Shown: positions 1 to 8,548 of the stretch, in pieces | Layout of the letters: the number at the start of each line of letters is the position of its first letter | Numbering within the stretch: position 1 is the first letter of the stretch | From: an uncultured virus (IMG/VR IMGVR_UViG_3300010885_037795) | Taxonomy: Duplodnaviria; Heunggongvirae; Uroviricota; Caudoviricetes | Reading direction: 5' to 3' (one strand) | Virus record (IMG/VR): IMGVR_UViG_3300010885_037795 | Location: 1-64,000 of that record | DNA: 64,000 bases | The notes under the pieces: generated by a model | The model's database searches: none | What the model was told of the DNA's origin: nothing | The model's input: only the letters and a program-made list of their open reading frames with translations | Made by a program: the position numbers and the translations under genes

Positions 1-300
1 AGCGTTACAACAATTACAGAGGCGGTTGTCCGGTACCTCGAGTTGCGTCTTTATAACAACGGCGATTTAGTATACATACGCTAACACATACACTAAACGT
101 GTGCAATCGCTTGCACGTCTTTTCAGCCTTAACATTTTGTTCAAACAATCAAACTGGGGCATTTAACCAGTCAACATCCTTTCGGGTAGTGATTGAGTAC
201 TCTGTACAGCGCAGAGAATTCCGTCCCTGTGATCCGAGATCCAGGTTTAGGACACCCGAGTTAGGCCGGTGCGAGCCAATACTGTTAACTTGCTAGACTG
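1..300 (-). ncRNA. Candidate structured non-coding RNA of unknown family (3' part probably runs off the window)
   Basis: No credible ORF in an otherwise gene-dense genome. Minus-strand hairpins: GUGCAA-GCGA-UUGCAC (116-101, GNRA loop); a 13-14 bp stem at 97-66 that needs G-U pairs and so forms only on the minus strand; CC-GAAA-GG (185-178); ACUGG/CCAGU (171-153); CAAUCA/UGAUUG (195-190 with 151-146) closing a multibranch junction; CUCUG/CAGAG (216-200); GAGG..CGG-ACAA-CCG-CCUC (39-19). Confidence 0.6.
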
Positions 301-304
301 AGTG

Positions 305-733
305 TCAGAGTTTGTTGATTATGTGTGAGCCATGTACACGAACTTGAATGTGTCCGTTATAGTAGTCTGTTGATTCTAGCACTTTGCGTGTGAATTGTTC
401 TCGGGCTTCGATGTATGAGCATTCTGCTTTGGATTTACAAATAAAGAGGATTTCTCTGGTGAAGTTTTCTGTGCCCAGAGCAACAACATCTTTTGTTAGT
501 TCCGGGCTTGAGCCATAATAGGTGCGCCAATCACTGTCGATCTTGGAGCGGATTTTCTTTTTCTTTTTGGTGCCGTTTTTTAGCTTTACTGTTTTAAGTG
601 TGGTCTTAGAAAATTTTGCTAGTTTTTTACCTATGTACTTGCGGCCAGAGATAGTATTAGTGATCATGTAGACAAACCCAATGCAGTCATCGGGCAGTTC
701 CTCTACTGTTTTGCCTTGAAAAGTCCATGTCAT
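305..733 (-). CDS. Stand-alone GIY-YIG nuclease-family protein
   Basis: GFVYMITN..GRKYIGKK motif, YYGSS, a putative catalytic Glu in IEAREQ and a terminal YYN; Lys-rich insertion; no C-terminal DNA-binding domain. Confidence 0.8.
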   Translation of the reverse strand: MTWTFQGKTVEELPDDCIGFVYMITNTISGRKYIGKKLAKFSKTTLKTVKLKNGTKKKKKIRSKIDSDWRTYYGSSPELTKDVVALGTENFTREILFICKSKAECSYIEAREQFTRKVLESTDYYNGHIQVRVHGSHIINKL

Positions 734-777
734 AATACGTAAACATAATTATCTCGTGCGTCAGTGGGGTTAAAATA

Positions 778-2304
778 TCAGTGTTCTGTGTCAATTTGTG
801 CCAGTTTTACTAGAGGTTTAGTGCGGTCTTGGCCTATAATCTGCTCCGCAATGATCTTCAATATCTTGAGTTCTTCTGTGCCTTTGGTGATGGGATAGTT
901 TAGTCTAGCACTAAGCTCATGCACCTCTAAACGGCGCCGCAAGCGTTCTTTTAGTGTTAATGTTGGGTTATTTAGGTTGATCCAGTTGCGTCCATACACC
1001 CAGTCTTGATCTTGGTCTTCCAAATGGCTCAAGTTCAAATCAGGCCATTCAGGCACCAGCTCAAGTCCTAGATTGCTGAGTTCCAGTCTACTGCCGCGAT
1101 CTATACTGCCTGTGTATCCCCAGCGTATGAGTGCTATGGTACCTGCTTGCATGTACTTTTGATAGCGTTTCAAGAATTGTAGCTGTTCTTTATGATCAGA
1201 CATTGTTTCTGTTGGGTAGCCTATGAACATTAAAAATACGTTTTGTATGCCGTAGCGAGCACACATGCGAATGTGATGATCTAAATCATCGTTGTCAAAC
1301 TCTTTGCCCATGTGCTGTCTTACAGCCCAGCTGGCATGTTCAACTCCAGTGATCAACATACGACTGCCACCTGCTGCCATGGCAGCGTACATTGTTTCTG
1401 GCATGTCTTTGGCCTTGCGTATGTTAAATTGGCTCAGCCATGTGGGCTTGAACTCTGGATTTTCTTGTGACAGTCTAGCAATGTTTATATTAAGAGAATA
1501 AAACTCTTTGAGGTTACCGTTGATAACGCTGTCGGTAAACTGAAACAGTTGTACTTTTGTTTCTTTCCAGTGCTGTAACATTTCATTGGCCATGCTCTCA
1601 CCTGTACGATATTTGTACTTGGGCCAGCGATGTGGCACATCACAAAATGTACAACGGCGCACACAGCCTCGAGAAGCAGTCAAGTAAATGCCTGCTGTTT
1701 GATTGTAAAAGTATTTCCACGGATCTAGCTTGCTGAAGTCTGCAGGAGGCAAAGATTCAATGTCATCAATTTGCACAGTAGGCCGATCATCTGTTCCGTC
1801 TACATCAAAGTTGCCTTGCATCCATTGCTGCCACATGATCTCGCCATCACCCCAGCCCACATGATCCACTAGACTCTGTTCACGCAACCAGTCGCCAAAG
1901 CGTTTGGTGCCGTACGGAGTAGTGAGTCCTTGCCCACCCGCTACCAACATCACTTGACTCATTGGTCGGAAACGTTCACAGAACAATCTAGCCGCACGAG
2001 TACTAAACTTTGAAAACACACTCACTGCCACACAGTCATAGCCGCTGGCAATGATGTTGTCTATAGTGATGTCAAACTCTTCAAACACTCGCTGTGGCAA
2101 CAGCCTGTCATGTGCTGTGCGCCAGTAGTCACTGGCTTCTGCAAATTCTTCTGCTGTCAGCTTCTTTGCCAGTTGTAGATTGATATCAAACACCGTGTAA
2201 TCAATACCCATGTGACGACATAGTCCGCCTAGCACAGCAGGTGCGGCAGGTGGTCGTTCAAGCTCTTGGCTTGGGAAAGTTACAATGGCCACACGTTTAT
2301 ACAT
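778..2304 (-). CDS. Cobalamin-binding (class B-like) radical SAM protein
   Basis: SRGCVRRCTFC (CxxxCxxC); N-terminal Rossmann-like region (VFDIN, VAVSVFS, VAGG, GDGE); GVEHAS and IGYPTET motifs. ATG at 2304 preferred over TTG at 2307. Confidence 0.85.
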   Translation of the reverse strand: MYKRVAIVTFPSQELERPPAAPAVLGGLCRHMGIDYTVFDINLQLAKKLTAEEFAEASDYWRTAHDRLLPQRVFEEFDITIDNIIASGYDCVAVSVFSKFSTRAARLFCERFRPMSQVMLVAGGQGLTTPYGTKRFGDWLREQSLVDHVGWGDGEIMWQQWMQGNFDVDGTDDRPTVQIDDIESLPPADFSKLDPWKYFYNQTAGIYLTASRGCVRRCTFCDVPHRWPKYKYRTGESMANEMLQHWKETKVQLFQFTDSVINGNLKEFYSLNINIARLSQENPEFKPTWLSQFNIRKAKDMPETMYAAMAAGGSRMLITGVEHASWAVRQHMGKEFDNDDLDHHIRMCARYGIQNVFLMFIGYPTETMSDHKEQLQFLKRYQKYMQAGTIALIRWGYTGSIDRGSRLELSNLGLELVPEWPDLNLSHLEDQDQDWVYGRNWINLNNPTLTLKERLRRRLEVHELSARLNYPITKGTEELKILKIIAEQIIGQDRTKPLVKLAQIDTEH

Positions 2305-2893
2305 CAAGAGTTTGTTTTATTTCTTTAATTAATTGTAAATCTTCGTCGCTGATACTGCGATGGTTATCTCGTATCTGTCCTGTGGGGTCAACCAAGGTAC
2401 TGAGCACACGCTGAGTGCGTTGTTCTTGATACCACGACCAAAAGTCTTGACTGTTGGGCAAGTTCATGATCATGTACCTGCCAGGAAAGTGCCATACCAG
2501 CTGACTACGTTGTTCTTTAGGCGCATCAGGATTGCTCCTAAGGTATCCTTGAAAGTAACTGGGATAGTAGTAGTGATCAGTCCAGAACCAAGACTCCAGT
2601 AGAATATCATCAGCGTGTACGCTGAGTAATTCCAAACTTTGATCACGCACAATCTTTCCGTCTTCTAGCACAGTTTCTGATTCGTATTTGTTAAAGTAAC
2701 CAATACTGATGTTGTTGGGGACTTGGGCAAAGTCCACAGTAACACTAGCACTGGTGTCTTTGCTATTAATTTCAAATGTATTAATTTGATAGTTGTTCAC
2801 GAGAATAAAAATCCTGGGCCATGTTACTCCTGGCTGTGGATTAAACTTGAATTCAAAAGTTATTTTGTCACCACGAGGTCGCATAGTTTTCAT
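2297..2893 (-). CDS. Hypothetical protein coupled to radical SAM genes
   Basis: ~200-aa ORF overlapping both neighbours; no recognisable motif; start uncertain (2899, 2893 or 2884). Confidence 0.7.
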   Translation of the reverse strand: MKTMRPRGDKITFEFKFNPQPGVTWPRIFILVNNYQINTFEINSKDTSASVTVDFAQVPNNISIGYFNKYESETVLEDGKIVRDQSLELLSVHADDILLESWFWTDHYYYPSYFQGYLRSNPDAPKEQRSQLVWHFPGRYMIMNLPNSQDFWSWYQEQRTQRVLSTLVDPTGQIRDNHRSISDEDLQLIKEIKQTLDV

Positions 2894-3878
2894 CCACAAA
2901 TTTTTGATTGCATTTGGTTGTACACTCCAGCCACTTGAACTGTTGGAATTCGTTTTTCCAAAAGTTATCAGCTAGCACACTCTCTAGTGTACTATGTTTA
3001 AGGTTGTATGCACGACCTCTATCTAGCCACTCTGTGTTGTGTCCATAGCGGTTGGCTACCCAACAACACGGAAAGAAGTCGCCTTGACTGTTGATAAACA
3101 ATCCTTTGTTGCCCACTGCACACAGTGGTAGGATGTCTCCGGTGTAGTTTTGTTGCGCTTGTGCATAGTGCTGTTTTGCAAATGGGGTGTCTCTAAGCAC
3201 TCGTCCGCTTAGATTATCTATATCTCTTTCAAATCGCATGCTAGAGCTGATGAGTTGATCTCTAGGCTGTAGCGCATCGCTAGGACCGTATATTGGATAT
3301 ACTTTGGCAAATTTGGTACTGCGAGTAAGCTGGAATTGATCCATTTCTAATTCACGTGCTTGCTCACGCATGACATCAACATGATCTTGATTGAATTCAA
3401 ATGCAATAGCGGCCCAGGTAATGTTTACGGGACTTGTGCTTCTCAATGCACGTATACCGCGCATGATGCTCTCCCAATCACTATTGACCCTGTAGATGTT
3501 ATTACTGGCATTATCATAGCCGTCAATGCTGAAATGCACTTGATCTTGTGCCCCTAGGAACCGTCCTAGACCCTGCCACCACAGTGCATTGCGATAGCTG
3601 CCGTTGGTCACAATAACAATTTGCACAGGGTAAATACTCTTGACGTATTCAATTACTGACACCAGCTCATGTGCATATATTGGATCACCATCGTCTCCGC
3701 AAAATGTAATCTTACGCACGTTTTCTCTTATAAAATCAGGAGTAAAGTTTCGTTGAAAGAATGCCAGGTCCAGTTCTGTGTTGACCAGCCCATCTGGTAC
3801 TTCTTGTCTACTGCATCTAGGACAGCGTAGAGTACACTTGCTTGATATCTCAATGTGCCAGTGCCATGTTGCTAACAC
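2868..3878 (-). CDS. Radical SAM protein with C-terminal twitch/SPASM-like Cys cluster
   Basis: CTLRCPRC, CGDDGDP, TNG, FSIDG; C-terminal C...PCC...CTTKC; GTG start overlaps the upstream stop. Confidence 0.88.
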   Translation of the reverse strand: MLATWHWHIEISSKCTLRCPRCSRQEVPDGLVNTELDLAFFQRNFTPDFIRENVRKITFCGDDGDPIYAHELVSVIEYVKSIYPVQIVIVTNGSYRNALWWQGLGRFLGAQDQVHFSIDGYDNASNNIYRVNSDWESIMRGIRALRSTSPVNITWAAIAFEFNQDHVDVMREQARELEMDQFQLTRSTKFAKVYPIYGPSDALQPRDQLISSSMRFERDIDNLSGRVLRDTPFAKQHYAQAQQNYTGDILPLCAVGNKGLFINSQGDFFPCCWVANRYGHNTEWLDRGRAYNLKHSTLESVLADNFWKNEFQQFKWLECTTKCNQKFVDENYATSW

Positions 3879-4783
3879 AAAGCCTCCTCAGACTTCCATT
3901 GTTCTTGAAATGCAGTTTTGTCTTGACCAACAGAGCAGTGTCGTTTACACACAGCATCTGGTTCGGTGATAATACTGTTGAATGATTCCACTTGTTCTCG
4001 TAGTACAGGATTGTCCCACGGCAGTTGTTTACTAAAAATGTCACTGCCAAAAAAGCAACATGGTAGCACTGCTCCTGTTGCTGTGATATAAATGCTTTGT
4101 TCTTTTAATGCATGGCAACTGACAGTGGTGCCTGCGGCCGGTGCAGTATGCCCAGTTGGAGGACGCAACCATTCCACAGGACGTTCCTGGAATCGCGAGC
4201 TTACCTTGGTGCGAAAACGTGTGAAGCCCATGTCACGTGCCAGTTCACGGCAAGCATCAACTTGATGTTGATTGTGTTCGTACACCAGCATGTCCCAGTG
4301 TGCAGTACCACCTGAGGCAATGTATGCTTCTGCATTGGCCATCAGTATGTCCCATTGTACGCCAGCACGGTAGATGTGATTGGTGTCTTCTAGTCCGTCA
4401 ATGCTGAACACCACATAGTCCAGTTCGTTCTTCATGTTGTTGGCCAGCTCTTGCCACCAGTACTTGGTACGCAGGCCGCCATTGGTATTCATGCCTAGCA
4501 CAATCTTGGAGTTGACTGCACGAAAGTATTGATATATCTGTAGTGTGTCTTTTGCTGCCGCTGGGTCGCCAAAGTTACCGCACATGAACATCTTGTCCAG
4601 CTGACGTATCAGCTGATCTGGCACTAGTTGTTGTACTTGATTGAGTCGTAGTTCACTAGCATGCTGTTCATGAACATACTGCTCAGGATTCATTCGGGCA
4701 CACTGAGGGCAAGCCGCATTGCAAGTGGTAGTGGGCTCGATGTGTAGTACTCGGATGTTGTCATAGTTAAACTGCGTCAACAT
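3872..4783 (-). CDS. Radical SAM protein with C-terminal twitch/SPASM-like Cys cluster
   Basis: CNAACPQC, CGNFGDP, NTNG, FSIDG; C-terminal C...PCC...CKRHC; ATG at 4783 overlaps the gp46 end. Confidence 0.88.
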   Translation of the reverse strand: MLTQFNYDNIRVLHIEPTTTCNAACPQCARMNPEQYVHEQHASELRLNQVQQLVPDQLIRQLDKMFMCGNFGDPAAAKDTLQIYQYFRAVNSKIVLGMNTNGGLRTKYWWQELANNMKNELDYVVFSIDGLEDTNHIYRAGVQWDILMANAEAYIASGGTAHWDMLVYEHNQHQVDACRELARDMGFTRFRTKVSSRFQERPVEWLRPPTGHTAPAAGTTVSCHALKEQSIYITATGAVLPCCFFGSDIFSKQLPWDNPVLREQVESFNSIITEPDAVCKRHCSVGQDKTAFQEQWKSEEALC

Positions 4784-6539
4784 CGGTGTTGTAGGAAGTG
4801 AATCCATTTTCTTTTACCACGGTCAGTATGTTGTTTACACGACTGCTCAGTTCGTCCTTGTGACTCACAAGCCAAATACTCTTGTTACGTTCTCGACTCA
4901 TCTTTTTAAGAATACCCAGTGCTGATTCAACACCACTGGAGTCCATACCCGAATCAATCACTTCGTCAATAAACAACAGGTTGATGGGCTGGTATAAACT
5001 TTCCCACACATCGCGGAATGACCAACTTAGACTTAGAATAAGTCTGTTACGTTCGCCACGACTTAGATTGTCAAAATCTAGTTCTCGACCCAGCTCACTG
5101 ATATTTACCGTAAGATCGTTTTGAAAAATCACAGTGTGCGGCAGGCCAATCTTGTCAAGATAGTAGCTTAGTCGTTGGTTTAAGTAGGCCAAGTTCTGAT
5201 CAATGATGCGTTTGCGCACAAACGAATCTTTGGATGTCAGCAATTTAAGCAAGAAGTCTTGATGGTCACGCAGACTAACCAGTCTGTTCATTTCATCATA
5301 GTCAATATCTTCTTCTGCTTGTGTTTTCATTTCTGCAATTTGTTCCACATATGGATCAGCTTCTGCATCCTTGGCCACCAACTGACTCAGGATATTGCCC
5401 AAACTTGCACGATGCTCAAATGCATCGGACTCTTTGTCGTAGTAGGTACGTGGTGCAGGGCCAGGCTCGCCTAGTTCTTTTAGTGCGCCTGTGAGCTCAA
5501 TCCATTGACCGTTTGTTGCCAAGGCTTGCAGTGCAGCCTCTTGCAGACTCTTGCGTTTGTCTGCCAGCACCTGCTCGTGCTTTTCGTCATGCATTTCTTG
5601 TCCACAAGCATAGCACTTGTGATCTTCTAACTGTGCAATTTCTGCCTTGAGCTTGTCTACTACCTTGGTTTCTTTTGCTTCGTCTAGCTCACAACGAGCA
5701 ACAAGTTTTTGTATGTCAGCACGATCTTTAAGCAGTTGTGAATGCCGTGTTAGATCCTGATGCATCAGTAGTTCTGCTTCAATATCAATCTTGGCCAGTT
5801 CGTCGTAGGCTGATTGTAGCTTGCCCAGATCTTCGTCTTTTTTCTTTTGCCACATGCCTTGTCTGCGTATGAGATTAGACACTTGTTCTTTCAGTCGCTC
5901 ATTGGCATCCTGTACTGCTTTGATACGGAATTCTTCTTTGACAATTCCGTCCTTGCTGGCTTTGAGCTGTTCTTTGAGATTTTCTGCTTTTTCACTCAGT
6001 TGTGTCACACCCAGCAACTGCTCAATCATTGTGCGTTGTTCTGCGGCTTTCAAACTAAGGAATGGTTCTGTGTGGGTATTGAGGGCAACAATGTTTCGAA
6101 ACATGTCATGACTCATACCCAGCATGCGTTCAATGGCGGCTTGGGTTTCACGACTGTCGCCTTGACTTTCGTCTGTTACTTCTTGTTCTTCTCCGCCAAT
6201 GTAAAACTTCACAATGTTGGGTTTGCGGCCACGTTCAATCTTGTAGCTCACACCATTGGTTTCAAACTCAATAGTGACCAACATGGCCTTGCCGTTGGTT
6301 TTGTTGATCAAGTTTTCTTTACGGATGTTGGTCAGTGCTTGCCCGTACAGTGCAAAACTCAGGGCATTGATGATTGTGGTCTTGCCAGTGCCATTACGTG
6401 CGCCTGTGTCATCCCCGCCCAAGTCCAAGTTTTGTCCCAGTACCAGTGTAAGGTCATTGCGATTGAACTTGATTGCCTGCGTGGAATTGCCCACGCTCAT
6501 GAAGTTTTTGACCGTAAGGTCTTTGATTACAAAACTCAT
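4767..6539 (-). CDS. gp46: Recombination nuclease ATPase subunit (T4 gp46 / Rad50 / SbcC-like)
   Basis: KNFMS, Walker A GTGKTT, coiled coils with a CYAC zinc hook, signature LSRGE, Walker B LFIDE, His switch VSHK. Confidence 0.95.
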   Translation of the reverse strand: MSFVIKDLTVKNFMSVGNSTQAIKFNRNDLTLVLGQNLDLGGDDTGARNGTGKTTIINALSFALYGQALTNIRKENLINKTNGKAMLVTIEFETNGVSYKIERGRKPNIVKFYIGGEEQEVTDESQGDSRETQAAIERMLGMSHDMFRNIVALNTHTEPFLSLKAAEQRTMIEQLLGVTQLSEKAENLKEQLKASKDGIVKEEFRIKAVQDANERLKEQVSNLIRRQGMWQKKKDEDLGKLQSAYDELAKIDIEAELLMHQDLTRHSQLLKDRADIQKLVARCELDEAKETKVVDKLKAEIAQLEDHKCYACGQEMHDEKHEQVLADKRKSLQEAALQALATNGQWIELTGALKELGEPGPAPRTYYDKESDAFEHRASLGNILSQLVAKDAEADPYVEQIAEMKTQAEEDIDYDEMNRLVSLRDHQDFLLKLLTSKDSFVRKRIIDQNLAYLNQRLSYYLDKIGLPHTVIFQNDLTVNISELGRELDFDNLSRGERNRLILSLSWSFRDVWESLYQPINLLFIDEVIDSGMDSSGVESALGILKKMSRERNKSIWLVSHKDELSSRVNNILTVVKENGFTSYNTDVDAV

Positions 6540-7552
6540 TAACAGTTCCTATAGATGTCTAGCAAGAGATTACGGTCGTAGTGTTCGCTAGATATTGCAT
6601 TGATTTGATTTTGCACAATAGTGTCAATGCTTTCAAATTTGATTTCGCCAGTTTGCACATCACCCACAATAACTTCTTTCTTGGGCAACAGGCTCAGTTC
6701 ACGCAGTTTGTAGGTGTCCAGGAATGTTTCACGAATAAAGTTGGCTTCTTCATAGCTGAGATCAATGTCAATGTTGATGCGAGCATGCATTTTGGGTTTG
6801 AGTATCTTGTCTGCATGATCCACAATGCTTGATAAACTCAGCACACGATATGTGGGTTGATCTGGCCAAGCATGATATTCGGGCTCTTTGCCCCATTCCA
6901 AGATCATCATGCCACGCTCTTCATCTCCGTCATCTGCGTAGTTGTGCGGAAATGCATTGCCAATATAGGTAATGTTGTTGGCTGATTGGCGCTTGTGGAA
7001 ATGCCCAGAAAACACATGCTCAAAGCCCACAAAGTCTTCACGTCTAGCTTCGCCTGTGTCCGGCATCTGCACCATGGCATTCATGTAGTAACCGGGCAAT
7101 TCAAAATGCCCAAAGCAGTACTTGCCTTTTTTCTTTAACAGTTTTTTGTGATCATCGCCTACCAGCCAAGGTGCAATAGTTACATCGCCTTGACTGAACC
7201 AGTCGTTTACTATCTGTACATTGGGAATATGCTTTGCCCAAGAAGCGGATTGAATATCACGCTTGTCACGGTAATACAAATCATGATTGCCAGGAATAAA
7301 ATATACAATATCAAAATTCTCACTCATGTGCTCCAGTGCTCGAACAGAATAGTTCAAGGTCAAAATATTAATGGCAGCTCGATTGTTGTGCCAGTCGCCC
7401 ATCATAATACAAGTTTCACAACCGGCTTCTTTGGCCTTGTCTGTGGCCCACTTTACAAAAGCCAAACAGTCCTCGTTGTGAGTTGTGCTGTTTGACTTCA
7501 AGCCAAAATGAATGTCAGTGAAGACCGCAGCCTTCTTAAAAAGATTTGTCAT
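6539..7552 (-). CDS. gp47: Recombination nuclease subunit (T4 gp47 / Mre11 / SbcD-like)
   Basis: Metallophosphoesterase motifs DIHFG, GD, GNHD, GHF and SGHFH; adjacent to gp46. Confidence 0.95.
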   Translation of the reverse strand: MTNLFKKAAVFTDIHFGLKSNSTTHNEDCLAFVKWATDKAKEAGCETCIMMGDWHNNRAAINILTLNYSVRALEHMSENFDIVYFIPGNHDLYYRDKRDIQSASWAKHIPNVQIVNDWFSQGDVTIAPWLVGDDHKKLLKKKGKYCFGHFELPGYYMNAMVQMPDTGEARREDFVGFEHVFSGHFHKRQSANNITYIGNAFPHNYADDGDEERGMMILEWGKEPEYHAWPDQPTYRVLSLSSIVDHADKILKPKMHARINIDIDLSYEEANFIRETFLDTYKLRELSLLPKKEVIVGDVQTGEIKFESIDTIVQNQINAISSEHYDRNLLLDIYRNC

Positions 7553-7560
7553 AGTACTCC

Positions 7561-7589
7561 ATTATAGACGAACAGTCCGGCAAACGCAA
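7561..7589 (-). promoter_or_regulatory. Sigma70-type promoter upstream of gp47
   Basis: Minus strand TTGCGT, 17-nt spacer, TATAAT; the -10 ends 8 nt before the gp47 ATG. Confidence 0.65.
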
Positions 7590-7602
7590 GAGTCTTGATA
7601 GC

Positions 7603-8481
7603 CTATTCTTCGTAACTGCCACCACCGCCACCACTACCTTGTGCCTGGCGTGTGTAACTTGGGTTTAGGTTGTTCATTTGCAAAATGTCATCACGTAAGT
7701 TTTGATTGCGCTTTTCGATGTTTAGCACACGAGTAAAGCTGTTAGTGATAGCGGCAGTATAATACGCAAAAGGATTCTGCGATTTTGACTCGTCAAATTG
7801 CAATCCAATTTGGCTGAGTTGTAACAAGGCTTGGCTTCGCATTTCGTCATTGTAGGTGTATCCTCTCCAGTTTGATCTTGTGGCATAACGTTCACACAGT
7901 TTCATAAACATCAGTGCCAACTTTTTGGTCATTGCACCGTGGTCACGACAATATGCACCTGTGTCTGGATCGCCTTTCCAGTGACTGATGCCTGCACACA
8001 CAAGTTCGCCTTCTTCGTTTAGCTTGTAGTGCTTGAATGGAGGAAAGTTTACTTTCACATACTTTGCGGCAAGCGGCACACGTACAACAGGTTCATCGTA
8101 CTCAGTGTCAGCATCTTCTGCTTCATCTAGCAAGTCCTGCGCATCCTGCTGTTTTTTAGTTTTAACTTCGTCGATAGGAACATGTTCCCATGTCATCACA
8201 CGAAACACAACATCTGTATCAGCCACGTCCTTGAGCTTTACTTCAAATTCGTCCAGCTTGTGTTTGGTACCATCTGCTGTTGCAACATCTAGTGCGGCTT
8301 TGGCAAGACGTACTGCACGGTCTTTGCGGGCCTGTAACGTGTTCTTTTTGTTAATCTGCTTGATGTCAGGCAAGATCATGTCAAAATCTGCATCTGCGGG
8401 AGTAGTAAACCAACAGTAGGTTGATTTGCTTTTGTGTATCTCCTTCAGGATGTCTTTGTTATTAAGGTAGTTGTGTTTCAT
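7603..8481 (-). CDS. gp55: Late-transcription sigma factor (T4 gp55-like) with an N-terminal insertion
   Basis: NYLNNKD at the N-terminus; SNWRGYTYNDEM, FDESKSQNPFAYYT and NSF motifs; synteny with gp47/gp46 as in T4. Confidence 0.9.
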   Translation of the reverse strand: MKHNYLNNKDILKEIHKSKSTYCWFTTPADADFDMILPDIKQINKKNTLQARKDRAVRLAKAALDVATADGTKHKLDEFEVKLKDVADTDVVFRVMTWEHVPIDEVKTKKQQDAQDLLDEAEDADTEYDEPVVRVPLAAKYVKVNFPPFKHYKLNEEGELVCAGISHWKGDPDTGAYCRDHGAMTKKLALMFMKLCERYATRSNWRGYTYNDEMRSQALLQLSQIGLQFDESKSQNPFAYYTAAITNSFTRVLNIEKRNQNLRDDILQMNNLNPSYTRQAQGSGGGGGSYEE

Positions 8482-8505
8482 TGGGTATCCTATAAATTAC
8501 CACTT

Positions 8506-8534
8506 ATTGTAGCGAATAAATACTAAAAGAGCAA
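8506..8534 (-). promoter_or_regulatory. Sigma70-type promoter upstream of gp55
   Basis: Minus strand TTGCTC, 17-nt spacer, TACAAT, followed by AGGA before the ATG. Confidence 0.55.
8516..8522 (+). promoter_or_regulatory. T4-type late promoter motif (ATAAATA)
   Basis: Matches the TATAAATA core; lies upstream of GAGGA and the first structural gene. Confidence 0.7.
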
Positions 8535-8548
8535 GAGGAATCTTAAAC

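Noticed and set aside
99..296. 65-aa plus-strand ORF
   Set aside because: GTG start with no ribosome-binding site, no protein-like motif, opposite to local gene orientation, and antisense to the structured RNA candidate.
1..300. Possible tRNA, tmRNA, RNase P or group I/II intron
   Set aside because: I found no cloverleaf, no tmRNA termini, no RNase P P4 consensus and no intron core motifs by eye; the region is truncated, so a covariance search is still needed.
746..752. ATAATTA on the minus strand upstream of the GIY-YIG gene as a late promoter
   Set aside because: One mismatch in the core and AT-rich context; too weak to call.
5847..6542. 231-aa plus-strand ORF and other antisense ORFs over gp46, gp55, the hub and the fibres
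   Set aside because: Shadow ORFs opposite well-supported genes, explained by codon bias.
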